64,000 bases of DNA. Source: Kiritimatiellia bacterium. GTDB taxonomy: Bacteria; Verrucomicrobiota; Kiritimatiellia; JAAZAB01. Both the position numbers and the translations under genes were made by a program. Shown here one piece after another: positions 9,090-17,789 of the stretch; positions within the stretch are counted from its first letter, which is position 1, and each line of letters begins with the position of its first letter. The notes under the pieces are model-generated. The model was not told where the DNA came from. It made no database searches and saw nothing but the letters and a program-made list of their open reading frames with translations. The stretch covers positions 1 to 64,000 of the forward strand of contig JAXGPF010000004.1 in the NCBI GenBank assembly GCA_040767085.1, in the 5' to 3' direction.

Positions 9090-9185
9090 TTATTAACGCC
9101 TTCTGGGTGCCGGCGCCGGCCCCGATCCACCCCGGAAGGCAGAACGGCCGCGGGCGCCCGCGCCGTTCGTTCTGAAAGGGATATT

Positions 9186-9545
9186 ATGAAAAAACGATTG
9201 CCAGCTACGCGGCGCAGTGTCACGCACCGCGGCATTATTCACGCAAAGGAAGGCCGGACAAAATTCTTTATCACGGTAGGACTATATGACGACGGCCAGC
9301 CGGGCGAGGTGTTCATAACTTGCGATCAATCCGGCAGCACGTTAGACGGCTTTTGCGACTGCTGGGCCATTGCGGTCAGTATGTTGCTTCAGAACGGCAC
9401 CACGGTTGAACAGCTTGCCGCCAAATTCGCGCACCAGGGTTTTGAACCATCCGGGCGAACCGATTGCCCGGCTATCGGTTTCGCGCAGAGCATACCGGAT
9501 TATTGCGTCAGATGGATGCAAGCGGAATTCCCGCCGAAAACATGA
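9186..9545 (+). CDS. Stand-alone TSCPD domain (C-terminal domain of class II ribonucleotide reductase)
   Basis: RRSVTH..FITVGLYDDGQPGEVFI...GSTLDG...AIAVSMLLQNG...FEPSG...SIPDY. Confidence 0.8.
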   Translation: MKKRLPATRRSVTHRGIIHAKEGRTKFFITVGLYDDGQPGEVFITCDQSGSTLDGFCDCWAIAVSMLLQNGTTVEQLAAKFAHQGFEPSGRTDCPAIGFAQSIPDYCVRWMQAEFPPKT

Positions 9546-10066
9546 CACCCGAACTTCCAACGCTGCCGGCATTGCGCCACCTGGCCGAACTGGCCCAGGC
9601 CCGCCCGGTCATTGTCATTGACTCCAGGGAGCAAGAACCCTTGCCCATCCGCCGGCTGGATGCCATCCGCGCCGGACTCTACAGCGGCGACTACTCGATC
9701 AAAGGCATGGAAACCCTCTTTGCCGTGGAAAGAAAATCCGTTGCCGACCTTGTGTCATGTTGCGCCGGCAGTAACCGGGAACGATTTGCAAACGAGCTTC
9801 ACAGGTTGCGCGGATACCGATTCAAGCGGCTGCTCATCATCGGCGACCGGGCAGACGTGGAGGCCGGCCGCTATCGCTCAAACATCCGCCCCGCGTCAGT
9901 CATCGGCAGCTTGTCCGCTTGGGAAGTCCGCTACGATTGCCCGGTATGCTGGACGCCCACACCCACCGCCGCCGCCGCCCAGGTGGAATCTTGGGCATGG
10001 TATTTCAGCCGCGAAGCCATCGAAGCAGTCAACGACCTATGGCGCGCCACCCGGCAAATGCCTTGA
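9542..10066 (+). CDS. ERCC4/XPF-family nuclease
   Basis: IDSREQ, GDYS, VERKS..DL motifs. Confidence 0.85.
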   Translation: MTPELPTLPALRHLAELAQARPVIVIDSREQEPLPIRRLDAIRAGLYSGDYSIKGMETLFAVERKSVADLVSCCAGSNRERFANELHRLRGYRFKRLLIIGDRADVEAGRYRSNIRPASVIGSLSAWEVRYDCPVCWTPTPTAAAAQVESWAWYFSREAIEAVNDLWRATRQMP

Positions 10067-11165
10067 AATCGCCATTTATCCCGCCATCCACCGAAAAACG
10101 ACCCCGCAGGATGCGCCACAAGGCACGAACGGCCCGCCGGCTAGGTCAAAGCATAGGCCAAAAACCGCCCCTACGATTGAAAAACGCTGTCAGAAATTAC
10201 AAACGGCATTGAACCCTTACCCGGACATGCCCCGGCGGAGATCGTCGGAAAATACGCGCATGGCTGCAATGGAATTCCTAAATCAGGCCATCCAACCGGC
10301 CATCCGGGAACCGCCCCGCCATCATGCCGCCCATGTAACACGGGCGACGCGCCAGGACGGCGCACCAGTCCGCCACATCCACCGCGGCCAGGTCAATCAA
10401 TATCCGCCATCTACGCCAGCCGGCAAAAATCGCTACAATGCCCCACAAGCCACGCGCCGCCTGCATGGCATAACCACGCGCCCAAGAACGCCGCGCCAGC
10501 CACAGGCGCAGCAGGCACCCATAACGGCGATATTTTCAGGAGGCCCGGCCCGACACCATGGCGGCGGACCCGTGAACGCGATGCGGCCGCGGCTATGGCA
10601 TAGCTTTACAAGTTGTTTTGCGTGGAATTCGCTTTGCAGTGTTCGGCATGGCGGCGAGTATTCCATCCGGGCGCGCAATGACAGCCGATCCGGCAGGCAT
10701 GCCACCAACATGTTGACACAATCCCCGCCACCACGACAGGCCCGGTCATCATGGCGGCGACGTGATCCACGCAACGCCCCACCGCACCGGGCAGGCCGGC
10801 CGGGTAATCCGCTATCATGGCGCCGCACACCGCGCCAGGACGAACCCCACACCGCCGCACCGGGCAGGCCGGAGGTCATACGGTCATGGCGGCGGCGGCC
10901 AGGTGAAGCGCGAACCATGAACGCCCCGCCAATGAACCCGGTCAGGCAGTCACATCCACAACAACCACCCATGCAACGCCAGCAGGACGCCACGCACCAG
11001 GTCAGCGCGCCGCCGCCAGCACCACCAGGCCAGCAGGTCAAAACAGCCTAATCGGCATTTATCCGCCACCCCCGCCAGAAAAACACCGCCCAGGATGCCC
11101 ACCACGCCACGCAACCGCGGCTAGGCATATCAGCATACCCCGGCAAAACGGCCCGCCACGATCAG
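10067..11165 (+). repeat. Diverged ~110 bp direct repeats (10067-10178 and 11050-11163) enclosing short polarised motifs
   Basis: Shared anchors AATCG.CATTTATCC, GAAAAAC, CAGGATGC, GGCTAGG, AGCATA, AAAAC.GCCC, ACGAT in the same order. Confidence 0.65.
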
Positions 11166-11382
11166 CGCACAACCGCGCCGCAATGGAATTCAAGATCATG
11201 CCGGCCAGGGTAATCAGCCGGCGGCGGTCATGGCGTGAACAGGATATTCATGGCGGCGGCCACCAGGTCAGACGGTCAGGACAACCCGCCATCACCGGGC
11301 GACCGTTGCCAGGTCAAAACGAATTCCGCCATCATGGCCAAGACCAAGCGCACACACCCAGGCGCACCATGCCGGCGACGTT

Positions 11383-11622
11383 GTGTCATGGAATCTCAAG
11401 CGGCGGCATTTGACGGTATCGCAACGGGCGACGCTTCATGGACGGATTGACCCGATATTTAAGGAGCGTGCGCGGGAACGGCTGGCAACAAGCACGGGCG
11501 GAGCGAAACCCCAGCCTGTGGCAAATTTGCCACAGGCGGAAAAAGGTAAATCCCGCGACCAAGTAGCCGCCCTGCTTGGCATATCCGGGCGCACGGTACA
11601 GGATGCGGTTAAATTGCGTTGA
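11383..11622 (+). pseudogene. Fragment or mini-gene of ParB-associated HTH region
   Basis: NLKRRHLTVSQRA...SRDQVAALLGISGRTV resembles the mid/C-terminal part of phage ParB-like proteins; N-terminal domain absent, no clear SD. Confidence 0.55.
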
Positions 11623-12011
11623 TGGAAATGGCCGCAGGAATCACCCGCACGACCGCCCGCCGGCAAGGTCAATCCCGTAATCACGTCCAGACCGCCACGG
11701 GTATGCAAGGCGATCCACACCCGCCCAACCCCGGCGACCACCGGCAGGCGATATTCCACGGCAAAGGCGATCCAATGCCACGACCCGGCCAGGATGCGCC
11801 ACGATGCCCGCCACGGCACGAGTTGATCCGCCGGCGGTAATGCCACGCCCTGGAGGATGGACGGCACACCGGGCGATTGTGAGATTCAGGCGGCGCCACC
11901 CACACCACCAGCAGGAGGCCCAGCCGGCGGCGGTGAACATGAACCCGGCCGCCCATGATCCAGTCGGGAGGCCGGCGGGAGGATGCGCGGTTATAGCTTT
12001 ACGGGCAAATC

Positions 12012-12163
12012 TGTATGCTTTTCAAATCCCCGAAAAGCATACAAGTTTTTTGCTGCTGATTCAAAATCAGACGCGACTATCTGCTTTAAAAGCGTTTTTG
12101 AAAAAACCGATTTTTTAGAGCTGTATGCTTTTTGTATGCTTTGTAACCCCGAAAAGCATACAA
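12012..12163. repeat. Integrase arm-type-like repeats next to att site
   Basis: TGTATGCTTT at 12012, 12122, 12133 and inverted copies within CCCCGAAAAGCATACAA at 12028-12044 and 12147-12163. Confidence 0.7.
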
Positions 12164-12272
12164 TCACACACCCGCACAAAAAAGCAAACAAGCGCAAAAC
12201 CAAAAAAGGCAATGTTGAGCAAACCCGCATGGATAAAGGGCGAAATGCTTGTTTGAACCAATGAAACACGGG

Positions 12273-12345
12273 AGCCAGCTGCCGGGGTCGAACCGGCGAC
12301 CTGCTGATTACAAATCAGCTGCTCTACCAACTGAGCTAAGCTGGC
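12273..12345 (-). tRNA. tRNA-Thr (TGT)
   Basis: GCCAGCTTAGCTCAGTTGGTAGAGCAGCTGATTTGTAATCAGCAGGTCGCCGGTTCGACCCCGGCAGCTGGCT cloverleaf; followed by CCC rather than CCA. Confidence 0.97.
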
Positions 12346-12488
12346 ATGGAGGGCAGTATTGACCGGCGGCGCAAACCGGCCGTTAGCAAGTGAATTAATA
12401 ATAAAAAATCCCGCCGGTTGCAAGCTTTTCAAGGCAGCTTTTTCAAGGCAACGTGATATTTGCGTGGACGTTTACAGCACAGCGGCAA

Positions 12489-12590
12489 CCGTTCACGTTC
12501 GGGAACGCGAATGGGTACGGGAACGGGTACGAGTACGGGTACGAAGTTAGGGATGGGAACGGGGATAGAGACGGAATAGGCGAAGGCAAC
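12489..12590. repeat. Degenerate hexamer array (GGGWAC/GAGTAC)
   Basis: gggtac gggaac gggtac gagtac gggtac..., preceded by inverted copies ccgttcacgttc. Confidence 0.7.
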
Positions 12591-12634
12591 CAGGACGGAG
12601 CGAAACCAGGCGGCCGACGCGCCAGAAGGCTCAA

Positions 12635-14362
12635 TCACCCCCGGTTGTGGCTGGCGGTGCGCAGGGCTTTGGCGGTGATCAAGGCTTGCATGATCCGGCC
12701 TGGAGGCTCGGCATAGCCGGCGAAGACTGCCTGCGACTTCAACTGCTCCGTTAAGGGTTGGGCGGGGTCGGGACAGAGAATTACGACGCCCAAACGCGGG
12801 CATAGCTTCAACAGCGCCTTGATCAAGCCTCCCGCTTCATTCTCCAACATTTGAAAATCAACGATGAAGGCATCTTGCGTCTGCAGGGAATCCACTCCGC
12901 CCAGAACGGCCATGAAGTTATCCCGTCGCTCGATCGCCACGCCCGCCTCGCGGAGGGACTGGAACAATCCGGCCGGCTCGTGCTTGCCCGTAACGGCCGC
13001 GGTAATGCGCCACCCGCGGAGATAATCGCTGAACTCGGCCGGGACGGGCAGGTCGGCTTCCGAAGCCGCTTCCGGAAGCGCCAGGTGCGGCAGGCAAACC
13101 CGGTAAATGCATATGCCGGAAGCGGACTGCAACTCGTCCAGCGCGCCTTGCGCCTCCTCCACCAGTGATTTGACAACCGATAAAATCACACCGCCATCTT
13201 CCGGGGCGGCCCGGGACGAAACGCCGGCGGCATCCGGCCGCGCCGGCGCGGCGCCGCCAGCCGGCGCCGGTTCGGCAGTGATGAGCAGTACCGTTTCAAA
13301 CCGGTCAGGCACATGCGCCAGGTTGCCCTCGCCGCGGCGGTGCAGGGTGATGGTCAAGATCCCGGGATGCGGCTGGGCATCCGCGGCCAACAAACCCAGG
13401 TTCAACACGATTTGTTCGATTTGCCCGGCCGTCAGCGGCGTCCGCGGGAATTCGCCGGCGGCGGCGACTTGCATCTGCCAGGCCGGCGTCAGCGCGACGC
13501 GCAGCAAATCGGCGGCATCGTGCAGGTGTTTTTCAATGCGGGCGCCGAGCGCGCCGCTGCCGCCGGCGCGGCTCAAGGCCAGCAACTGGCGGGAAAGCGC
13601 GGCGCCCTTCTGAGTCTGCTTTTGAATCACCGCCAGCGATTCCCGGCCGGCATTGCCCGGAGGAAAGTCCCGGGCCAGCAAGTCCGCATAGGCCGAAATG
13701 GAGCACAGAATATTATTGAAGTCATGGGCCACCCCCCCGGCGATCCGGCCCACCAATTGCAACAAGGCGATTTGCCGGAGACGCATTTCATGGGAACGCA
13801 TGTCGGTTACATCGCTGACCAGCACCAGGCGCACCCCGGACGACGGCTGGGAACGGAAGCGCAGGGTGTGCAGGGCGCCGTCATAAAAACAGTTCCGTTC
13901 CAATTCCCGCGGGGTGGTCAAATCCAGCAGGCAAACTAAATCCGCCTGGCTCAGGCAATGAAAGGCTTCCGTCAAGCGCAGGCGTTTCAAATCCCGGATT
14001 TGCCTGGGCAGCAGTTCCACCAGCGCCGGATTGTAACCAATGATCCGCCCGGCGCCGTCCAACAACATCAAACCGTCGGACAGATAATCCATGGCCGCGA
14101 CAAACCGGCCGATGCGGCGGCGGCCTTCGATTTCCACGGTGGAACGGATCCCCCACAAGCCAAAGGCGCCGGTCAGAAACATAACCCCCATGGTCATCGC
14201 CCAGATGGCCATGCTCAATTCGCGGACGGCCTCCCTGTCCGTCCATTCGCCAATATGATTCTGCAGGTACTCGATGATGGAATAAGACGCCAAGGCTACA
14301 GCGCCCAGCAAAAGCAACATCAATAAGGCGTAACGCCAGGCGCTCTTGGGGATGACATTCAT
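12635..14362 (-). CDS. Membrane PAS hybrid histidine kinase with degenerate ATPase and receiver domains
   Basis: Two TM helices, PAS-like region, GGVAHDFNNIL H-box; N/G boxes poorly conserved. Confidence 0.8.
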   Translation of the reverse strand: MNVIPKSAWRYALLMLLLLGAVALASYSIIEYLQNHIGEWTDREAVRELSMAIWAMTMGVMFLTGAFGLWGIRSTVEIEGRRRIGRFVAAMDYLSDGLMLLDGAGRIIGYNPALVELLPRQIRDLKRLRLTEAFHCLSQADLVCLLDLTTPRELERNCFYDGALHTLRFRSQPSSGVRLVLVSDVTDMRSHEMRLRQIALLQLVGRIAGGVAHDFNNILCSISAYADLLARDFPPGNAGRESLAVIQKQTQKGAALSRQLLALSRAGGSGALGARIEKHLHDAADLLRVALTPAWQMQVAAAGEFPRTPLTAGQIEQIVLNLGLLAADAQPHPGILTITLHRRGEGNLAHVPDRFETVLLITAEPAPAGGAAPARPDAAGVSSRAAPEDGGVILSVVKSLVEEAQGALDELQSASGICIYRVCLPHLALPEAASEADLPVPAEFSDYLRGWRITAAVTGKHEPAGLFQSLREAGVAIERRDNFMAVLGGVDSLQTQDAFIVDFQMLENEAGGLIKALLKLCPRLGVVILCPDPAQPLTEQLKSQAVFAGYAEPPGRIMQALITAKALRTASHNRG

Positions 14363-14363
14363 G

Positions 14364-16568
14364 TCAAGGGGCCGGCGGCGGTCCTTCCGCGTCTTCTGGA
14401 GCCGCGTTGGTTGCAACTTCTGCCGTTGACTCCGCTTTCCCGGCCGCGGCGTCCGGCGCGGCATTAGTTTGAGCGGCATCCAGGCTCGGTTGCGCCGGCT
14501 TGGGATTCAGCGGCGTGTAATCCAATTCCGCCATGGCCTGGCGCCCGAGCACCTCCAAGCCGGTCAACGGCTCGGTTTCGTCCAGAATGGTCGGGGTCAG
14601 CATGATCAGCAGGTTGGACCGTTCCACGACATCCTCGGTATGCCGGAAAAGCAGGCCGATCAGCGGGATATCGCCGAGGAGCGGCACGCGCGATTCCTTC
14701 TGGCTCTTGGAGTCCTCCATCAAGCCGCCGATCACCACCGTATGCGTGCTGGGCACGTTGACCCGCGAGGAAAGGTGGCGGGTGCTGATCACGGGGTAAA
14801 CCGACCCCTGCGGCGTGGTGATGTCCTTGATCCAGGTGCTCATCTGCGGATTGACCGTCATCCGCACCACCTGGGAATCGGTGTCGATTTCCGGAATAAC
14901 CCACAAGGTCAGACCCAGGTCGTTCCACTCCACCTGTTCCGAGTAGGAATCGCGGGAAATGCCGCCGGTGCTGTCCGTGGTTTTTTCCGTGAAGACCGTC
15001 GGGTACCGTTCGCCCACGTGGATTTTCGCCTCAACCTTGTTGCCGACAATCAGCAAGGGATGCGAGATCATGTTGGCGTTGTTGCTTTTCTTCAGGGCGC
15101 TCAGGAAAAGGGAAGCCTCCGAGACCGTCAGGAAGGCCGCCCCCATTTTGGTTTCCAAGGTGGTGTCGGTGGCGTTGTAGGCGCGTTGCGCCTCGACGTT
15201 GCGCCCGGCCGCGATGGAATCGGAGATCGTGCGCGTGGGCGTCACCACGGTTCTCGAGACCCAATTGCCGGAGTTCGGCGGCTGCTCCTCGTAGGAGGTG
15301 ACGCTTTCCTCGTAAGGCTGCCCGGATATGTTGAAACGCTTGTTAATCACATCCGTCGCGGCGCGCCGGTCATACTGGTTGTCGCTGTTGGCGGTAGTAT
15401 TGACCTTTTCCGATTCGTCGGAAAACGTCCATTTCAGGTCCGACAATCCGGCGGTGACGCCGAACCGGTCCAGCATCGCCCAATCGAATCCCAGTTTCTT
15501 GCTGTCGCTGATGATCACGTCGATGATGCGGGCTTCGATGAACACCTGGGGCTCGCGCTTGTCGAGTTTCTCGATCAGGGCCCCTACCCGATCCACGTAC
15601 TCGCGGATATCCGACACGATCACCTCGGTGGTGATGCTGGGATTCTGGATGTCGGTGGTCAGCGAAGTGGATTTCATGTTGGCATGTTGCTGCTCCTTGC
15701 TCTGGCTGGTGATGATCGTGCCGCGCGGCGATAGAATTTTCAGCAATTTGATCTGCTCGACCAGGTCCACCGCGTTCATGTAGCGCAGGACGAAACTGCG
15801 CGTCACCAGCGGCTTGGTTTCCTCGATTTGCTTGAGTTTCTGCTGGTACATCTCTGAAGTGACCACCATGATAATTCCCGATGGATCTTCAATGGTGGAC
15901 AAATTGACCGAACCCAGCGCCAGGTTCAAAGCCGATTTCCATTCCACGTTCTTCAAGTTGGCCGTGACGAACAAATTGGTGAAACTGCCGGCGACAATGA
16001 TGTTGGCGCCGGAAATCCGCGAAAACATGTTCACCACGTCCGGCACCGGCACGGCGTCCAGGGAAATGGAAATCAGTTCGGTCGGAGCGGAAGGGCCATG
16101 GCCGTTGGCCGGCTGGCCGCCCAGCGGCAAATCCAGTAAAAGATCTTCCGACGCGCTGGCAACCACCTCCACGTTCACGGGCGGCGTTGCCGCGGCGGCC
16201 GGGGCGGCGGCGGCCGCGGGCGCGGACTCGACCGGAGCGGCCGGTTCCGCGGCGGGCTCAGTTGCCGGCGCGGCTTCGGGCAGCGCCGTTTCCAGAGACT
16301 CAACCGCCGGGGTCTCAACGGCCGGGGTTTCAACGGCCGGCGCCGCCGGCGTTTCCGCGGGCGCGGGCATAGTCCCAACCGGCGCATCCGGTTCAGCCGC
16401 GGACGCCTCGACCGGCAGCGCGGGCGCCGCGGGATTCCCATCAGACACGGCCGTCGCGGAAACACTTGATTCTCCGGGAGCGTCCGCCGGGGCCGCGCCG
16501 GTTTCCGCCGACGCCGCCGCAGCCCAGGCGATCCCTAAAACGAACAGTAAAGAATAAGCTTTGTGCAT
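14364..16568 (-). CDS. Secretin (PilQ/GspD family)
   Basis: Signal peptide, Ala/Pro-rich linker, LDKREPQVFIEARI, VVIGGL, RVPLLGDIPLIGLLF, LLIMLTPTI. Confidence 0.93.
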   Translation of the reverse strand: MHKAYSLLFVLGIAWAAAASAETGAAPADAPGESSVSATAVSDGNPAAPALPVEASAAEPDAPVGTMPAPAETPAAPAVETPAVETPAVESLETALPEAAPATEPAAEPAAPVESAPAAAAAPAAAATPPVNVEVVASASEDLLLDLPLGGQPANGHGPSAPTELISISLDAVPVPDVVNMFSRISGANIIVAGSFTNLFVTANLKNVEWKSALNLALGSVNLSTIEDPSGIIMVVTSEMYQQKLKQIEETKPLVTRSFVLRYMNAVDLVEQIKLLKILSPRGTIITSQSKEQQHANMKSTSLTTDIQNPSITTEVIVSDIREYVDRVGALIEKLDKREPQVFIEARIIDVIISDSKKLGFDWAMLDRFGVTAGLSDLKWTFSDESEKVNTTANSDNQYDRRAATDVINKRFNISGQPYEESVTSYEEQPPNSGNWVSRTVVTPTRTISDSIAAGRNVEAQRAYNATDTTLETKMGAAFLTVSEASLFLSALKKSNNANMISHPLLIVGNKVEAKIHVGERYPTVFTEKTTDSTGGISRDSYSEQVEWNDLGLTLWVIPEIDTDSQVVRMTVNPQMSTWIKDITTPQGSVYPVISTRHLSSRVNVPSTHTVVIGGLMEDSKSQKESRVPLLGDIPLIGLLFRHTEDVVERSNLLIMLTPTILDETEPLTGLEVLGRQAMAELDYTPLNPKPAQPSLDAAQTNAAPDAAAGKAESTAEVATNAAPEDAEGPPPAP

Positions 16569-16583
16569 ATATTAATCCTTGTA

Positions 16584-17240
16584 TTATTCCTCCGCCGATT
16601 GCGTTACCGTGGAGGATGCCGTCCGGCCTTCGGCGTCCCGAACCGTTACCACGTTGATTCCATAGGTGCCGGGCACCCCGTGATAGCTGGCCTGGTAAGT
16701 GGCGGAAGCCGAAAACGACACCGTCCCCAGCGCCGGATTGCCCACGCTCCAGACGTAGGGCGGCGAGCCTCCATTGACCGTAAACGCAGCTTCCCATTCA
16801 TTGCCCAGTTCAACTTCCGCCGGCGTAACGGTCATTTCGTCCACGGCCGGTGTCACGCGCGCGACGGCGAAATGACCATCCTCATCCTCCACTCTGACCG
16901 TGTTGTTGCCGACTTGCAGACAGACATACCGGCACTGGCTCCAGCCAACCACCTCGACGCGCCCCTTGGACGTATCGGCGACGCTCCACTTATAGGACGG
17001 GGTGCCGCCCTGGCCGGTGAAGACCACCTCCTGGCCGACAATCCCGATCGCGGCGATTGTCGGATTCACCTGCAGCACAAGGGGATCTTCCGGATCGCGT
17101 GCGGCGGATTGATATGCATTGTTTTTAAAATAGTCGTCCGTGTCGGTTTCGTCGGAGTTCGACTCGCACCCTGCGCCGAAAAGCACCAAGCATCCGCCCG
17201 CCAGCAAACAAAACCATCGGCGCCAATTTTTCATTGTCAT
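16584..17240 (-). CDS. Lipoprotein with two Ig-like repeats
   Basis: Lipobox GAGC; repeated F...GG.P.Y.WSV.....G units. Confidence 0.75.
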   Translation of the reverse strand: MTMKNWRRWFCLLAGGCLVLFGAGCESNSDETDTDDYFKNNAYQSAARDPEDPLVLQVNPTIAAIGIVGQEVVFTGQGGTPSYKWSVADTSKGRVEVVGWSQCRYVCLQVGNNTVRVEDEDGHFAVARVTPAVDEMTVTPAEVELGNEWEAAFTVNGGSPPYVWSVGNPALGTVSFSASATYQASYHGVPGTYGINVVTVRDAEGRTASSTVTQSAEE

Positions 17241-17311
17241 CTCCCCTTGCCTCGTTATTCACAAGCCAACCGTTTCGATTCAAAAACATACCGCGGCGGA
17301 ATCCCATCCGC

Positions 17312-17782
17312 TCAATCCACCGGTTCAATCCGCACTTTGCGCATGTCAATCGCATGAATTCGGAAGCGGTAAACGCGCCCGGCATGCGGCACGGCTATGA
17401 CATCGCCCGCCTGCACCATTTGCCCGTTGACCGACGCAAAATACACACGCCCCCGCCTGATAATGCCCCCGACTTTCAAAGCCGCCATCGCCTCCGCCCG
17501 CGCCGCAGCGTCAGGCGGAAGTTCTGCAGGCGTTTCCGCGTCCGGCTGATCCGGCGCCAGCGCGCCGGGCGCCGCCGGACGCGGCGGCCGATAATCGATC
17601 GGCCAAAAGGGATCGCGCAATTCGTCTGGCGCCGCCGCCGGTTCCGGAAGCGCGGCGCCCGCGGCACCGGGATCGGCGGCGGCCCAACAACTGCAAACCG
17701 CGGCGCCGGCCAGGCTGCAGAGCGCCACCCGGCGGCGCAACCGGCACCCGGCAGCTTGCTTTTTATGGATTGCGTCTTTCAC
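17312..17782 (-). CDS. PilP/GspC-like assembly protein
   Basis: RDPFWP motif and LKVGGII....ASVNGQMVQAGD C-terminus; position after pilO-like gene; GTG start with AGGTG SD. Confidence 0.65.
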   Translation of the reverse strand: MKDAIHKKQAAGCRLRRRVALCSLAGAAVCSCWAAADPGAAGAALPEPAAAPDELRDPFWPIDYRPPRPAAPGALAPDQPDAETPAELPPDAAARAEAMAALKVGGIIRRGRVYFASVNGQMVQAGDVIAVPHAGRVYRFRIHAIDMRKVRIEPVD

Positions 17783-17789
17783 ATTACAC

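Larger units (their letters stand above)
1..12272 (+). mobile_element. Integrated phage satellite (PICI-like) or defective prophage, right-hand part, inserted at 3' end of tRNA-Thr
   Basis: Co-oriented Cro-like, AlpA-like, helicase, iteron origin and TerS genes; abuts tRNA 3' end; arm-type repeats at 12012-12163; left boundary and integrase lie outside the window. Confidence 0.8.

Noticed and set aside
9612-11051. 479-aa plus-strand ORF
   Set aside because: Overlaps ERCC4 gene out of frame, Pro/Arg/Ala low complexity, no motifs; explained by stop-poor C/A-rich composition
10067-12163. CRISPR array
   Set aside because: Repeats are short or degenerate, irregularly spaced, and no cas genes are present
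12453-12716. ORF with GNGYGNGY repeats
   Set aside because: Product of the hexamer DNA array; no SD and overlaps kinase 3' end
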